Assembly (NCBI GenBank): GCA_965644295.1
Contig: CBFFRP010000433.1
Location: 124,001-188,000 of the forward strand
Origin: Paraphysomonas bandaiensis
Lineage: Eukaryota > Protista > Chrysophyceae
Reading direction: 5' to 3'
Length of the DNA stretch: 64,000 nucleotides
Shown piece after piece: positions 24,416-38,000 of this stretch (positions are counted from its first letter, which is position 1; the number at the start of each line of letters is the position of its first letter). The notes beneath the pieces were generated by a model, which was not told the DNA's origin, ran no database searches, and saw only the letters and a list, made by a program, of their open reading frames with translations. A program made the position numbers and the translations under genes.

Positions 24416-25759
24416 CTACGCTGCATCTTCTCCCAAGTTTGATCCTGGTGAATCGGGGCTGTTCGGAACCGTATTATAATTCGGCGTGATGGTGATTCGA
24501 TTTAAGCTATCGCGTTTACGTGCTGGTGAAAACATCGGCGTGTAGGTTTTGCTTGCCCCACTAGAGAAATGGAAAGGATCAATATCATCACTAATATCGC
24601 TCACAGTGCTGTTCACAACTGATGTATTTGCATTGGGATTCGGCGTCTGTGTTAATGAAAAGAAATCTAATGTGTCAGAATCAAACGGAAGTACAGGGGT
24701 CTCCAAAATAAATGAGTCAACGTCATCCATCGCCTCGTACTTCTCACCAAACCCCATAGATTTCTTTTTCAGGTCACCCTTTGTAGGTTTGGGACTTTTA
24801 ACCTGCTTGCAAGTGTAAAACAGCAGGATACACAACACAACCAGAGATGCCAAGATTAGAGGCACTATTACTAATATACTATCCATACTACGCCGATCGC
24901 CACATCCAACACAGTTAAATGCAGAGTCAACTTCTAACGACGGCACCGTAGTGGGAGGCTGTGTATGTACTCCTCGAAAAGTTGGAGCAGAGCTTACAAG
25001 AGTGGGAATATCAGTCGGGATAACTGAAGGAATAACGGAGGGCCTACCACTAGGAGAGTATGTAGGAAGACCAGATGGAGATGCAAAGGTTGGAAACAAT
25101 GATGGCGTAGAAGAAGGAATAACGGAGGGCCTACTACTAGGAGAGTGTGTAGGAAGACCAGATGGAGATGCAAAGGTTGGAAACAATGATGGCGTAGAAG
25201 AAGGAATAACAGAGGGCCTACTACTAGGAGAGTGCGTAGGAAGACCAGATGGAGATGCGAAGGTTGGAAACAATGATGGCGTAGAAGAAGGAATAACAGA
25301 GGGCCTACTACTAGGAAGACCAGATGGAGATGCAAAGGTTGGAAACAATGATGGCGTAGAAGAAGGAATAACAGAGGGCCTACCACTAGGAGTGTGTGTA
25401 GGAAGACCAGATGGAGATGCGAAGGTTGGAAACAATGATGGCGTAGAAGAAGGAATAACGGAGGGCCTACTACTAGAAGAGTGCGTAGGAAGACCAGATG
25501 GAGATGCAAAGGTTGGAAACGAAGTGGGTTTTATACTACTTGGCGATGTCGACGGAGAAAGTGATGTGGTGGTTGTAGATGTCGGGAGATAAGTAGGAGT
25601 TGACGTGGAATATATGACCGATGGAGCAACAGTTGGTTGGGAAGGTATCACAGAAGGTGTGAAAGATGGTGATGAAGCAATATACATACTTGAATCCCCA
25701 TAAAACGATGAATAGCTCTGAGATATTGCACACGTAATCAATATAGTAGCTAATAGCAT
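24416..25759 (-). CDS. Mucin-like S/P/T-rich type I membrane protein
   Basis: 447-aa intronless ORF: signal peptide, 29-aa repeats, single TM (ILVIVPLILASLVVLCILLFY), basic juxtamembrane segment and cytosolic tail. Confidence 0.85.
   Translation of the reverse strand: MLLATILITCAISQSYSSFYGDSSMYIASSPSFTPSVIPSQPTVAPSVIYSTSTPTYLPTSTTTTSLSPSTSPSSIKPTSFPTFASPSGLPTHSSSSRPSVIPSSTPSLFPTFASPSGLPTHTPSGRPSVIPSSTPSLFPTFASPSGLPSSRPSVIPSSTPSLFPTFASPSGLPTHSPSSRPSVIPSSTPSLFPTFASPSGLPTHSPSSRPSVIPSSTPSLFPTFASPSGLPTYSPSGRPSVIPSVIPTDIPTLVSSAPTFRGVHTQPPTTVPSLEVDSAFNCVGCGDRRSMDSILVIVPLILASLVVLCILLFYTCKQVKSPKPTKGDLKKKSMGFGEKYEAMDDVDSFILETPVLPFDSDTLDFFSLTQTPNPNANTSVVNSTVSDISDDIDPFHFSSGASKTYTPMFSPARKRDSLNRITITPNYNTVPNSPDSPGSNLGEDAA
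25020..25520. repeat. 87-bp coding tandem repeat, ~5.7 units (one unit has a 12-bp deletion)
   Basis: Unit TFASPSGLPTHSPSSRPSVIPSSTPSLFP, near-identical at DNA level. Confidence 0.95.
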
Positions 25760-26138
25760 TTACCTATCACAGTAATCACAGTATGCATGCACTGGATAAC
25801 ATGATAATGAAATGATAATTAAATACTATCTATGATAAAGTCGAGAGGAACGACATGTGTCTTGACACCAACACTGCATTGGCAACATCATATATATTAA
25901 CAGTTATTAAACATACACCAGCAGTACACAGTCATATGCGCATATGCGTCTCTCTATGTGTGGTATGTGTACAGTAGTTCCTACTGTGTACTATACACGA
26001 CTAGTGATGACCGTATTTTCTTTTATATACATTGTATACCTTTTTTTGGTAGGAAGAGATACCTGTAGGATACAGAAACTACAATCGTATATATATGTAT
26101 ATATAGCGGCTGGTCATTCAGTGCACACTCTATACAAA

Positions 26139-26243
26139 GGTGCTTCTAATATTGAGACAACAATTATCTGTATTCCAGTCGTAGTTGTGTTACAGTTATA
26201 TTGAGGATTTTCACTTCAATTTATTCCCGAAAAATAAGATGCA
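26139..26243 (-). mobile_element. MITE-like promoter repeat, copy 3 (ends eroded)
   Basis: tctaatattgagacaacaattatctgtattccag...cttcaatttattcccgaaaaataagatgc is the reverse complement of the family core; lies between the divergent starts at 25759 and 26523. Confidence 0.8.
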
Positions 26244-26522
26244 TACGCGATCGTACCTGCTTGTGTATGATATACAGTATACAATCCAATGCACGAGTCG
26301 TATATAGATGTACGTGAGTACTACACTATCATGCTATACAGCAGTATACCTATATACAGTATATCAGGCTCACACTCTGTCTCTACTAGGCTTGCAGCAG
26401 GTCCATCGACCATATATGAATATCCCTCATTCACATCCCTCATATAAATCTACCATATAACTATACAATAATCCATAAACCTCTTCTATATTCAATGAAA
26501 TAATTCATACGGAACTATTACA

Positions 26523-27886
26523 ATGAATTATATTGTAATTCTATTATTTGTATTCTATACTGTATCTTTAGGGAACACGAAACGAAATAATGATAAGAAT
26601 CATACATATATAAGTGTATCAGGGGCAGATATGCAGGGTGTTGTAGTATCTATACGTAATATGTTAGTTAACTATGAACATAAGGTAGGAGTTGATCCTT
26701 ATGATCATATGGAATTATATGTATATATAGTTTGCTTTTTGTCCAATTCAAAAGAGTGGTAGCTCGATATGGACTCAGTTATTCTTGAGAATGAATGGAG
26801 ATCAGCACTGGTAATATACATACATATATACATACATGTGTATATACTCAATATAAAGTATGAAGTATTGAGACATGCTCTCATCATTATATACACATGC
26901 ATTGAATGATAATGGTATAATATAACTCATGTTTTCTGTGGTAGGTATGAGCCTCCATGGCACAAACAGCTCCCTACTATGCGTGGACTACCAAAGGAAG
27001 AGATTGAACGAATTATGAATGATCCAACATGGACTAAAGCAATAATGTTCAGAGACCCTGCTATGCGCTTATTATCCGCATATTTTTACACCATAAAAAA
27101 GAAGTCTCAGATAAATGCATATAGAGATGCTCTTAGACGTGCCACTAAAAATTCGTCAACCTCATGGGACCATTTCTTAATGGCTGTTACGAAGATGAAC
27201 CATCAGAATCTTCACTGGAGGCCTCAGGTGTGCTATATGTAAAATTATATTTTAAGATAATCATCCCATTTTCCATAAACATGTCAAGTAGGAATTGTGC
27301 AGTGTCTTTTTTGAAACTAATGATGTGTTTTCAGGTCGATTTCTGTAGGTTCGAGAAATTTTACCCATTGTTTAACTTCGTGGGGAATTTAGAGCGGTCA
27401 GCTTTACATGGTCCGATGCTCCTTAAACAGGCTGGTGTTTGGGATCAGTACGGTACCCGTGAGTGGGCTTTGACAAAAGTGCTTGAAACTGCGAGAGGTG
27501 CTAATCCATCTGCGAGTAGGTATAAGTTCAAACTGCCAGAGGTAATAATTATATAGAATTGTGCATCCATTTTGTCTAATTCCGTGTATTATTTGTCCTA
27601 GGGCTATAATCAATCGGATTGTATGTTTTGTGATATCTTCTCCGCACACAAAAATGATTACAATGCTCAAAATCATGGAAGAGTGCGTCACAGTTTTAAC
27701 AATACCGGTAAGGGACACCATAATTCCACCTCGGCAAGGGCCCAATATATGACTTCTGAGGCATGGCAGAGAATACGAAACAGCGATTTTTACAAAAAGG
27801 ATTATGCTACCCTGAATCGTATTACTGCTTCGCCTTTTGATAAGGATTTGTATTTTTCGTACCCTCCGCCAATGCGGCGAAAGTAA
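26523..27886 (+). CDS. Golgi-type carbohydrate sulfotransferase (Sulfotransfer_2)
   Basis: N-terminal signal/anchor; 5'-PSB FAFCPIQKSGSSIW (exon from ~26730), 3'-PB FRDPAMRLLSAY, HWRPQ, FNFVGNLE, FYKKDY. Confidence 0.85.
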
Positions 27887-28969
27887 CCAATTAGTGTCTT
27901 AAACGTTCGATAGAGTGAAGTCAATAGTACAATCATGGACCTATACAGTTCATGTTAATAGTGGTAGTGTGATTTTAGAAAGTACTTCTCGTGGAAGCAA
28001 TTAGTTTAATTAATGACTCGTTCAAGAATGTTGATTTGTTATCATATAGGTACGGTTAGATTATGCTTGGAGAAGTCGACGTCTAGTGAACGTGAAGAGC
28101 ATCGAGAAGAGCTGAAGCGCTCCTGTAAGGTGAATGTGGTAGTCCACTCTTCAGGAGCCAAATATAGTGTTTTTTCCTAATTTCTACGGAGTTGTTCTTC
28201 AGCTCCAATGAATACCATTTTGCTGTTTAGCCTATAGTTTATTAGCGATAGATTTCCATCGTCCGGTTTATCAGAGCCTGACAATAGGATGGTTAAAATT
28301 TAAATCACTAAATTTAAATTCTCAGTCAATGTTATCAGATCTTAGATAGACATGACATTATACAGTCTTTTCAGTTTCTCTTACATAATTCAAATTGTAC
28401 CTTAAATTCATGTACTACAATTGTAAACAACAGTATTTGCAAACTACGGCCATAATTCAAATACCTTAAAATTCACTTTTTAACTGCTTACAAAAATATC
28501 AAGAAAACTCAACAGTATTATCAGTCAGTCGATCAGTAGCAGCTTCACATTGTTCTTTATCATAAGAATTGTCTCAAAATCTTCCACTCATAACCGTCGA
28601 ACCGTCGAACCTATCTCCTGCCCACTTTCCTTTTCTCTAATTCTACAATTATGAGTTGTGTTGATCTTACTATAATATAGCCATTAATGGTAGCGTCAAT
28701 TAACCCGAACCCTATAATAGATAATGTGGTGCTATCTAAAGTGCTAAATAGGTTATATATATGTTATACATTACAACTGACTACGAATCATAACTACTAT
28801 ATCTACACACACACATCATCATTGTTCTTGCTTTCCACTGGCACATCAGGATCTTCTTGCAGGATTTCATGGAGGGTATATTGTAGAATCCCACAACACG
28901 GAATTGGATCGAAGGAATAGCAACGATTCTAGACGATATGGATTCATGTTTCAAAACTATCAACTTTGC

Positions 28970-29360
28970 ACGGCTAACGAAAGCTGCTTGTGCGTCACCG
29001 CAAGCACCAAGGTGCAACCACTTCCGCTCTATCACTCAAAGCTAACGCAGTGAGCAAGAAGAATGTTGATATACCTGACATCTGCTGACTTCAGGATTAC
29101 TGAGTCCTGAAGGTAAACGGCCCGGGTGCTTGACTTCAGCAGGCAGCCCAATACCTCGGTTACCTTTGAGGTGGGCCCAGTCAAGGCCCAAAGACTTCTA
29201 CAGAATACACAAGTTACACTTCTTATAATAGTGTCCCTTGTACCACACAATTATTATCTGCTAACTATATATGCTGCTCACGTTAGTTTCCCCGAGAAAT
29301 ATCACCGGTACTTATCCCCCATAAGACCACGAAAAAGTGCGAGTCCAACTTTGTTGAGGG
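28970..29360. repeat. Unclassified ~400-bp dispersed repeat, copy A
   Basis: Shared blocks aagctgcttgtgcg, gatatacctgacatctgctgacttcagg, gacttcagcaggcagcccaatacc, ggtacttat, gtgcgagtcc.actttgttgaggg recur at 36555 and/or 54770. Confidence 0.85.
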
Positions 29361-30058
29361 AATATATTCATAACAAGGAGTGAACTTCATATCACAGGTA
29401 ACACTCACGAAAGGTTGTAAACTTTATAACCGAACACCACAATACTGAGACAGAGCCAAAGCAGAAAGCTGTTAGTTTGAGCTATTGAACTCATTTGCTA
29501 GAATGAGCATGTAAATCGTTATAGACCCGTAGGTATATTTCTAATTTCTAAATGCCATCAACGGCGGAATTCAGAGTTAGCTTATACAACTCATATCACT
29601 TGCCCTAAAGCATTTAACTACTCTTTCCTGAAGATTTAGTGCAGATTCTGTACAATCGTATTAAATAAGCAGAATGTGTAAGCAAGTAAGCAAATCAGCA
29701 ATGTACTAAATAAGCAAAAGCAAACAGTGATATATACAAAATTATGTACGTGTGACTGCAGTCGAACACACACTGAACTAAGTCAGTTTAAAATATCATA
29801 TCTATATTATTGGTGACAGTTTATACAGTGATATCACTCCAATCATTAGTCCACAAAATACATGTAACCAAACTTCAGAGCAAACTCTGATAAGGACAGC
29901 ACAAACAGCAATAACAACCTACACACTTTTCGATTGTCACCATGTTTTCGTAGTCACGATCATCATCGGATGAGAACATCTTGGTCAAAAATATGAAACT
30001 GATGTTGCGCGTACTATCAACACGCCAGACAATAATTATTTAGAGACAAGATAGTGTG

Positions 30059-32211
30059 CTAACTTCCAGAATCTTTCTTCTCTGACATGCTTAACATATT
30101 CTTCTGTCGTTTGTGCATAGCTGTCACACGCTTTCTGTGTCGTTTTGATTTGATATGCTCTTCATATTGATCGTGTCCCTGAAGGACTCTATTCCCGCAG
30201 ACGTCACACTTAAAATAAGAGCAGTATTATGCAGATGCTAGTATTCAACTACAACTTAAAACCTCAAATATATTTCTTTTACGCCACATTCTTGTACTGT
30301 CACTACAACTCCCTGGGAAGCTTGGCTCCTTATCTACGTGGACAGTGAGGTGCCCGTCGGCTCATATAAATATCATACCTGAATGATATATATTTTGAGT
30401 TTGTGATGGTGGCAGAACATCGCGAGATTCAATTGCTTCGACAAGTGCCTCGATCTGTACAACCACAGTACAACAAACATCAACGCGAACTGAAACTATT
30501 AAACCGAAAAATACACATTGGAAGCTAAAAGAGCACAATGAAGAATAGATGCCTGCGATATATACATTACAAGTTTACCAACCTCAGTGAAGCGCACAAC
30601 ATCACCCTCATCGCTTTCATAAAGATGAGGTAAGGTTGTATCCCCTCTCCATATTCGCAAGACCTGTACCCCACTCCTGATACATTCAAAACCACGCAAA
30701 TAAGAGCTAGATTATATTTACTATTTTACAGTACACTCATATGACTGCCATATATCGCACGCATATTCCAACATTGGCGGATATCCGTACCGTTTACACT
30801 TCGGTATGAGACTGTTTTTAATCCATGTTTGCTGCTTTTTGGCATACTTGATTGTATTACTTTTGATCTGTAATAATTATATATATATTGTCATCAACAA
30901 CGCAAGTATAAGGCAAAATAGAATTCAGAACCTGTTCAATACAATCCGTAAAGATTCGACTTAATTGCTCATCGCTCTCATCTCCAGCAACAGCTTCTAT
31001 ATATGGCAATAACTCCTTGTACCCAATCGCCGCAGATAACCCCATATAATCGTCATTGGCATCCGGCACAGATGAACAAGGCGATAACTTTTGACGGCTT
31101 AATTCAGTATGCATAGCTGTAACTTCTTTAATAAGTCCAGCGGTGACCATTCCATCCACCCTGAAGGTCAAAATATCAATAATAATCAAACTTAATTGGA
31201 TTTCTTCATGAGTCACGATTAAGAACTACTATATTCGAATTAAACATTAGTACCCACCGCCGTCTGAGACGCTCCTTGAGTTCCTCCCAAGGGTAGTCAA
31301 CTATCACAACAACAGCAGGAAATCGGGGGCTTGCTCCCCCTTGAGCTTGCTGATCTCTAAATACTGCACTCAATGGCCCTCCCTTGAATATTCAGTTATC
31401 AACAATTCATTCACCGACTTGTAGTGTAATGAATAACGATTACATTGACTCGTTATCACATGGATACGGCATCACATAAATATGGCATGTATGAAAACTG
31501 CCTGACACACGCTATAACAGTGTCTACGTCAACATCTTTTACCGTTTGTTGTATAATCTCAAGTGCCCTATGTATCCGCCTGGTATCATTTGGGTGAATT
31601 ACAGCAGCTGCCTCAGGATCTACTGATTTGAGAGCCGCATACACATCAGAATACGACTTATCACTGGGCATATCAGGGTCACTATGACCTTCCTTAGTGA
31701 AGGATTCTGATAAGTGATGTTGGTTATATTATGATTTAGGGAAATGTATAAACAGTACCATCGACAAGAGTTTTGGTAAACAACAAAGATTCCACGTAGT
31801 AATGGGTCCCACCAACAACGACAGGAGTTTTACATCGACTAAAAATATCTGATACTATGGGAAGAGCATGTTCTTTGAATTTATGTACATTTAATGTCTC
31901 TGATGGAGGAAATGATCCTAATAAATGATGAGGGATACCATCCATCTAACATCACTGAGTACATCATCTCACTACATAATATTAATATTTACCTCTGATT
32001 CAGATACTTTAGCAGTTGCAATATCAAGACCTAATTATTTAATAATGATTACTGTATATATACATCTATATATAGATATACCTGAATATAACTGAAATGC
32101 ATCCGCATTAATTATTTCTCCTTGTAAACGACTAGCAAGATGTATAGATATTTCAGATTTTCCAACCCCTGTACTACCACATACAAATATACATGTAGGA
32201 TGTTTCATCAT
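30059..32211 (-). CDS. TRIT1: tRNA dimethylallyltransferase (MiaA/Mod5/TRIT1)
   Basis: P-loop GSTGVGKS, EIINADAFQLY, GIPHHL, VVGGTHYY, IHPNDTRRIHRALE, AIGYKE, YAKKQQTW, C-terminal zinc finger CDVC...HIKSKRH; many short introns. Confidence 0.95.
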
Positions 32212-32452
32212 GTATATATAGTAGAATGGAATGACTTTTAATGGGATTGTATATACAGAGAATGGAGAGGCAGGACTGACTGCTGGGTATATACATACAT
32301 ATACGGTATAGATGTACAAAAAAAATCAATTCTATTGTTAGCAAATGAAATGATAGAATACACTAGCCATTGGCTACGGGGAGTATGTATGTATGTATGT
32401 ACTCTGTAGGTAGGTTCTATGGGTAGGTAGGTACGAAGGTTCGTAGGTATGT

Positions 32453-32607
32453 ATCGTATGGGCATCCTTTGTGTATTTTTGTTCCAAGATGCCTCTAATA
32501 TTGAGACAACAATTATCTGTATTCCAGATGCACTTGTACAGCAGTAATATATACTATTATTGCTTCAATTTATTTCCGAAAATTAAGATGCTGACTGCCC
32601 GTACGAT
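32453..32607 (-). mobile_element. MITE-like promoter repeat, copy 4
   Basis: TIR atcgtatgggca...tgcccgtacgat (11/12 match) around the reverse-complement core; between the divergent starts at 32211 and 32682. Confidence 0.85.
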
Positions 32608-32681
32608 GTATATCATGTGCATATCTATGCGGAATATCACTCAGAGGACATCAATCTCTTCATATTAATGCTATAAGTATA

Positions 32682-35600
32682 ATGAACCCACCAAAAATCT
32701 TACTCGAACGTATAGAAAAATGGTTATCTCCCATCTACTGGACAGACACCAATATCCACAGCTCTCTCTATCCCCTCCATATCCCAGTCACTTCCCTTAC
32801 CGTCCACGAGCCTCCCAACACTCAGCGTCCTTCATTTCAAAATATAATCTCCCATCATTTTAGAGATACACATATTGGAGAATCATTTGGTCCTAGTTGG
32901 TCTACTAAATGGTTTAGGTTTCAAGTTCATGTCCCTATGAACCTACAGGGAGAATGCATTGCCCTCAAATGGGATAGTAATTCTGAAGCGATGCTATATA
33001 ATGCTAATGGGGAACCTATACAGGCGTTTACTGGAGGTGGAGGAAGTGATAGAAGAGACCTTTGTATACTTGAGTATTCAGCTACAGCCGGTGACTCAAA
33101 AACATATTTTGTTGAAATGGCTTGTAATGAAATGTTCGGTAATGGACAAAATGGAATGATCATGCCTCCTGGAGAAAACAAACGGTTTACTTTAAGTACT
33201 GTTGAAGTTGTCGTTGTGAATCAACCTGCAATGCAGTTATATTGGGATATGACTTTTCTGTACGATCTTGTGAAATCTCTTCCAAGCGACTCTGCGACAG
33301 GCGCCCATGCGACGTCTGTAATGACTGAAGTGCTCAACAGTATTGACCTGTCGTGTACTGAGTCAATATCATCCGCTCATAAGCGACTACAGGGTATTTT
33401 AGCTGACTCTTCGTCATGTAAGATTGATCACGATGTGTATGCTTTTGGTCATTGTCATATTGACACCGCGTGGCTTTGGCCCTACGAGGAGACACGTCGC
33501 AAGGTGGCTCGTTCCTGGGTCACACAGTTGAAGTTAATGGAGCGGTATCCTGACCACCGATTTGTAGCCTCTCAAACCGTTCAATATGAGTGGCTTGCTG
33601 AGGATCAACCCGATATTTTTCAACGGATACGGAATGCAGTTGTCGAAGGACGTTTTGTTCCGATAGGTGGGACATACGTAGAATTTGATGCCAATATTCC
33701 ATCTGGAGAATCTATGATTCGGCAATTTCTTTATGGCATGCGGTACCTAGATGCACAATTTGGAGTCAGACCGGAAGTGTTCTGGTTACCGGATACGTTT
33801 GGATACTCCTCACAGCTGCCGCAGATAATGAAAGGATTTGGCATAAAGTACTTTCTCAGTCAAAAACTGAGTTGGAATCTTATAAACACGTAAAGATTTA
33901 CCACGCACATAGTTTTGTTACTTATTGTGTTGTAGGTTTCCACACAATACTTTTGAGTGGGAAGGGATCGATGGGTCATCAGTTCTAGCTCACTTCCCTC
34001 CGGCAGACAATTATAACTCTGAAGCCAACCCATCAGATATAGTAAAAACTGTCTCTAACAACAAGTCCAAGTATGTCTCATACTTTTCGCATATATACCC
34101 GCTCATTTACATTGATAAAACAGTTTTTTATTAATTTGTATGATATATGACTTACGCGTTGTTTCGTTTCCAGGATGACGTCTAACCGATCGATGTTATT
34201 ATTTGGACACGGAGATGGAGGAGGTGGCCCAGCGGTATCCCACTTAGAGAAGCTGAATCGGTGTGTGAATTGTCCTGCACTGCCACGACTACACCTTAGT
34301 TCTACCCCTGATGACTTCTTTCACAAGGTTTGCACTCATTTTGTTTGTTGATGTGCTCAAATTTTAGCATTAGATTGAAGAGGATTTAAATCTTGGAGAA
34401 CAGTGCTTTACGACCAGTCGCAGGCCAGTGCCTCATTCGAAATGGATAGGCGAGCTGTATCTGGAACTCCACCAGGGTACACTTACCACGAATGCTAACA
34501 TAAAGGCACGAAACAGGTTATGTGAATATAGATTAAGGGCAGTGGAGGCTATACATTCGCTGTGTACAATATGTGCACAACTAGGCATGTTCTCCAATGG
34601 AGAGGTTGATTTCCTCCAAGTCACGAGGGACGAACTGACGGCTCGGTGGAAGGATACTCTCCTGAACCAGTTCCATGATGTGTTGCGTAAGTGTTACCGA
34701 AAATATCGCTTATTTCGTAACTGTATGTGCAGCGGGAACCAGTATTGCCAAAGTTTATGAAGACTCTGATAATATTCATGTGCGGGTTTTAGCTACTTGT
34801 GATGATCTCTTGCAAAAAATGTCCCGCATGCTGCTTCGATTTCTTGTAGACGATAATAGTGGAGATGCGGTACCGTCCAAGAAGAGGTCACACTCCCAGA
34901 CTCAGTATGAGGAGAAAGGTGAGGCTTGGGTCTTCAATCCATGTGCTGTTGGAAGACAAATGTATGGGCTGAATCGCACTGGCTCCTGTGGAATGACTAA
35001 CATTCCCGGATTTTCGTACAGTAAATTGGTCTCTTTTACTCCCGGGTACCTGAATATTCAGAACAATCAAACAGATGCTCTTGAATGTACATATGCAGAG
35101 AAGAGACCTGATGGGTTGTTCATGCTTAGAAACGAATTGGTGGAGGCCATTGTATCAGAACATGGGCAAATTCTATCATTTGTTGACAAACGATGCCATC
35201 CTCCTCGTGAAGTGATACAACAACATGGAAAACCCAAGAGTGGTTTGGCTAATAATTTTGTTTTATACGATGACATACCTTTCTTTTGGGATGCATGGGA
35301 TGTGATGCCTTATCACCTCATGACAGGTAAAAGTATTAATGGAATCGACTGTGGAGGAAAACACAAAGTCGCAGTTGTGTCGGAGGATTGTGTTGCTTCA
35401 TTGCGCTTTCAACTGACTGGATGGGGTGAAAATTCTCAGACAGACATAGAGTTCACCATGACGTTAAGTGCGAACAGTCCAATGATTGTTTTCGATGTCA
35501 ATGTGAACTGGCATGAAAGACATAAGCTGTTGAAGGTAGAGTTTCCTCTGGCAATTCGATCGAGCGTGTTTCGATGTGAAACTCAATTCGGATATACTGA

Positions 35601-36297
35601 GCGCCCAACTCATTCGAATACGTCAACGGATGCAGCAATGTTTGAGGTCTGTGGTCATCGTTTCGCCTCATTATCAGAGAGTGGATATGGCGTTGCCCTA
35701 CTCAACAACAGTAAATATGGTTATAGCTGCAGGGGTTCAACGTTGTGTCTCTCACTTCTACGCTCTCCTAAGTCTCCTGATCCTAACGCTGATATGGGGA
35801 GGCATTCTTTTTCCTATGCATTACTGCCTCATAAGGAATCATTTCTATCAACTTCAAGTGGTTTAGAAGTTCTTCAGTTTGCAACGGCTTTTAACTCGCC
35901 ACCTATTCAAGTCGAAGCTTCCCGAACTAACGACCCGACACCATATGTACCAAGTTGCGTCAAGCGTATGCTGAAAGAAGGGTTATTTTACCTCTCATCG
36001 AGTGGTGATACCTTAGTGTTAGAATCTATGAAAGTGGCTGAAAGAAGAAACGAAACCTTTAGAGAAAATGATGTCGTACTGCGACTGTATGAGGCCATGG
36101 GGTGTCGTGGCGCCGCTCAAGTGTCATGTCGTATTCCGATTGGTCGTGTAGAGATTTGTACTTTAGATGAGGTGCCTATACGTGATATAACAGACAGTAT
36201 GTTAAATCACCTGGATGATGCATCATTTGTAGTAGATTATACTCCTTTTTCTATTGTTACTTTGAGAATATCATTTTCAAAGAAACAGGCGACGTAG
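32682..36297 (+). CDS. MAN2C1: GH38 class 2C alpha-mannosidase (MAN2C1/Ams1)
   Basis: FGPSWST, GHCHIDTAWLWP, SGESMIRQF, nucleophile WLPDTFGY, FGHGDGGGG, WIGELYLELHQGT, NQFHDVLPGT-type motif, LSLLRSPKSPD, VVLRLYE; 4 introns; no signal peptide. Confidence 0.96.
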
Positions 36298-36554
36298 ATA
36301 AGTTCGTTGTATTTTTTGAGCAGTGAGGCTAATACCTCCTTCAGAGTAAGGTGTCAAAGTTATTTGAAAAATGCAAAGCCTGATTATATGGTATGAAATA
36401 GCTGATGTAGGACTTTTCACATTCTCTCACTTGTCCAAATTTATGACTAACAAAATATGATGTGACGATATATATACGCAAGTCAATAATTTAGTTGCCT
36501 CTATTTTCTTCAACTCCGTAGCGAATATCTTATGATTAGCATTAGGCGATTGAA

Positions 36555-36917
36555 AAGCAGCTTGTCTGTCACCGCAAGCAACAAGGTGCAGCCACTTTCG
36601 AAAGCAAACGCAGTGAACAAGTAGAATGTTGATATACCTGACATCTGCTGACTTCAGGAATTTCGTGTCCTTGATATACACATCTCGGATGTAGGACTTC
36701 AGCAGGCAGCCCAATACCCCCTGAATTCCCTTGAGGTGGGCCCCTTTCAGGATGGCTGTTGGGGCCCAAAGACGTCTACGCAAGTGTCTCTTGTACCACA
36801 CAATCATTTGGCTACAAGTGGGTAGAACAATATCTGGTGACTGTCTATGCGGCTAATTTCTCCGGTACTTATGTCCCAGAACACCACGACAAGGTGCCAG
36901 TCCGACTCTGTTGAGTT
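36555..36917. repeat. Unclassified ~400-bp dispersed repeat, copy B
   Basis: Colinear similarity with 28970-29360. Confidence 0.85.
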
Positions 36918-37069
36918 ATATAGCACACAGTACTCTATCGGTAATTAGAAGCAGGGCTGCGTAACAGTGTGTAGTCAATTATAATTGCAATTAGTTTATT
37001 CTGCCCCAATTAATTAATAGTAATCTACGTACGAATATAGCTAGCTTATTTAACAGTGATTTTATTTCT

Positions 37070-37600
37070 GATGCGACGATTCATGCGTAAAAACATGTGC
37101 ATCTGTAAATACCGAGGAGTAATGCACTCTTCGCAAATTAGTCAAAAAAGTATTTAGCTCCGCTGAATAGTCTTTTTTATCTTATTGGTTGTGACATGCA
37201 AGTGCTTCAATCTTTGGAATTGAGTTTGTTAGTTGAAACTTCTACTGCCTTTTTTGTTTTATCAGTAATATACGCTGTGTTGACATTCTGAACTAGACTC
37301 TCACTGCCATCACCATCTTCTTCATCATTAGGCAAAATTACATTACTTTGATTCTTTTCTGAACGGGTAAGTGAGGCTTCGTCACCACCTTGAATCTTCA
37401 CGAATTCCTTTTTAAAAGACAGAGTTATGAAAAATAGCTGCATTTTCGCCCAGATGACGCTCGACTATCGGGCGTCTTGAGATGAATGAGTTCGTCAAAG
37501 ACAATGTACGAAGGTCGTACATTTAGGCCTGCTTCTCTATAGTTGTCTGACTTTCTCGTAAACGTGTTAAATGAATTTTTTCCAGCAGCCTGGCGAATTG
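37070..37600 (-). pseudogene. Decayed hAT transposase C-terminal fragment
   Basis: Pieces in shifting frames: VFDELI / ERHLGENAAIFHNSVF*KG / VKIQGGDEASLTRSEK / HVTTNKIKRLFSGAKY / ITPRYLQMHMFLRMNR, which follow the order of the hAT dimerisation region. Confidence 0.7.
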
Positions 37601-37677
37601 TACAATTCATCTTTATTTTAGATGAACACATTTGAACGCATGCTGAAAGTTCTAGAGTAAGTTTGAACATTACTTAC

Positions 37678-37757
37678 TGCACTTTGGTGCTTGCGGCGAC
37701 GCACAAGCAGCTTTCGTAGCGTTATATATTAGGATATGAGAATTTGTACTAGTCAGT
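37678..37757. repeat. Terminal fragment of the ~400-bp repeat, inverted (copy D)
   Basis: tgcactttggtgcttgcggcgacgcacaagcagctttcgtagcgtt...actagt is the reverse complement of the left end of copies A-C. Confidence 0.75.
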
Positions 37758-38000
37758 TACAGGTAGAGGTCTATCTAGCATGACTAGTTTTCATCTAGTG
37801 CAGATTTTTGACGCCTATTGCTAATAATAAGACTTGCATATATATAATATACAATTGTCATTACCACCCAACGCATAGTCCATCGACTGTCTTTTCTATG
37901 TAAATAATGCTAAAATATCACAATCAATTTGTACATTTTTATTGCCTAAGTAATTCGTGATTACTATAGCATATAGCGTTAGTAAATATAGCATTACTAT

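Noticed and set aside
24951-25592. Regular repeats resembling a CRISPR array, and the + strand 213-aa Gly-rich ORF
   Set aside because: No unique spacers; these are in-frame coding repeats of the mucin gene and the + ORF is its antisense shadow
28970-29360. Hammerhead ribozyme or tRNA in the 400-bp repeat
   Set aside because: Only CUGCUGA/CUGAAGU instead of CUGANGA, no consistent stems I-III, and no cloverleaf around the B-box-like motif
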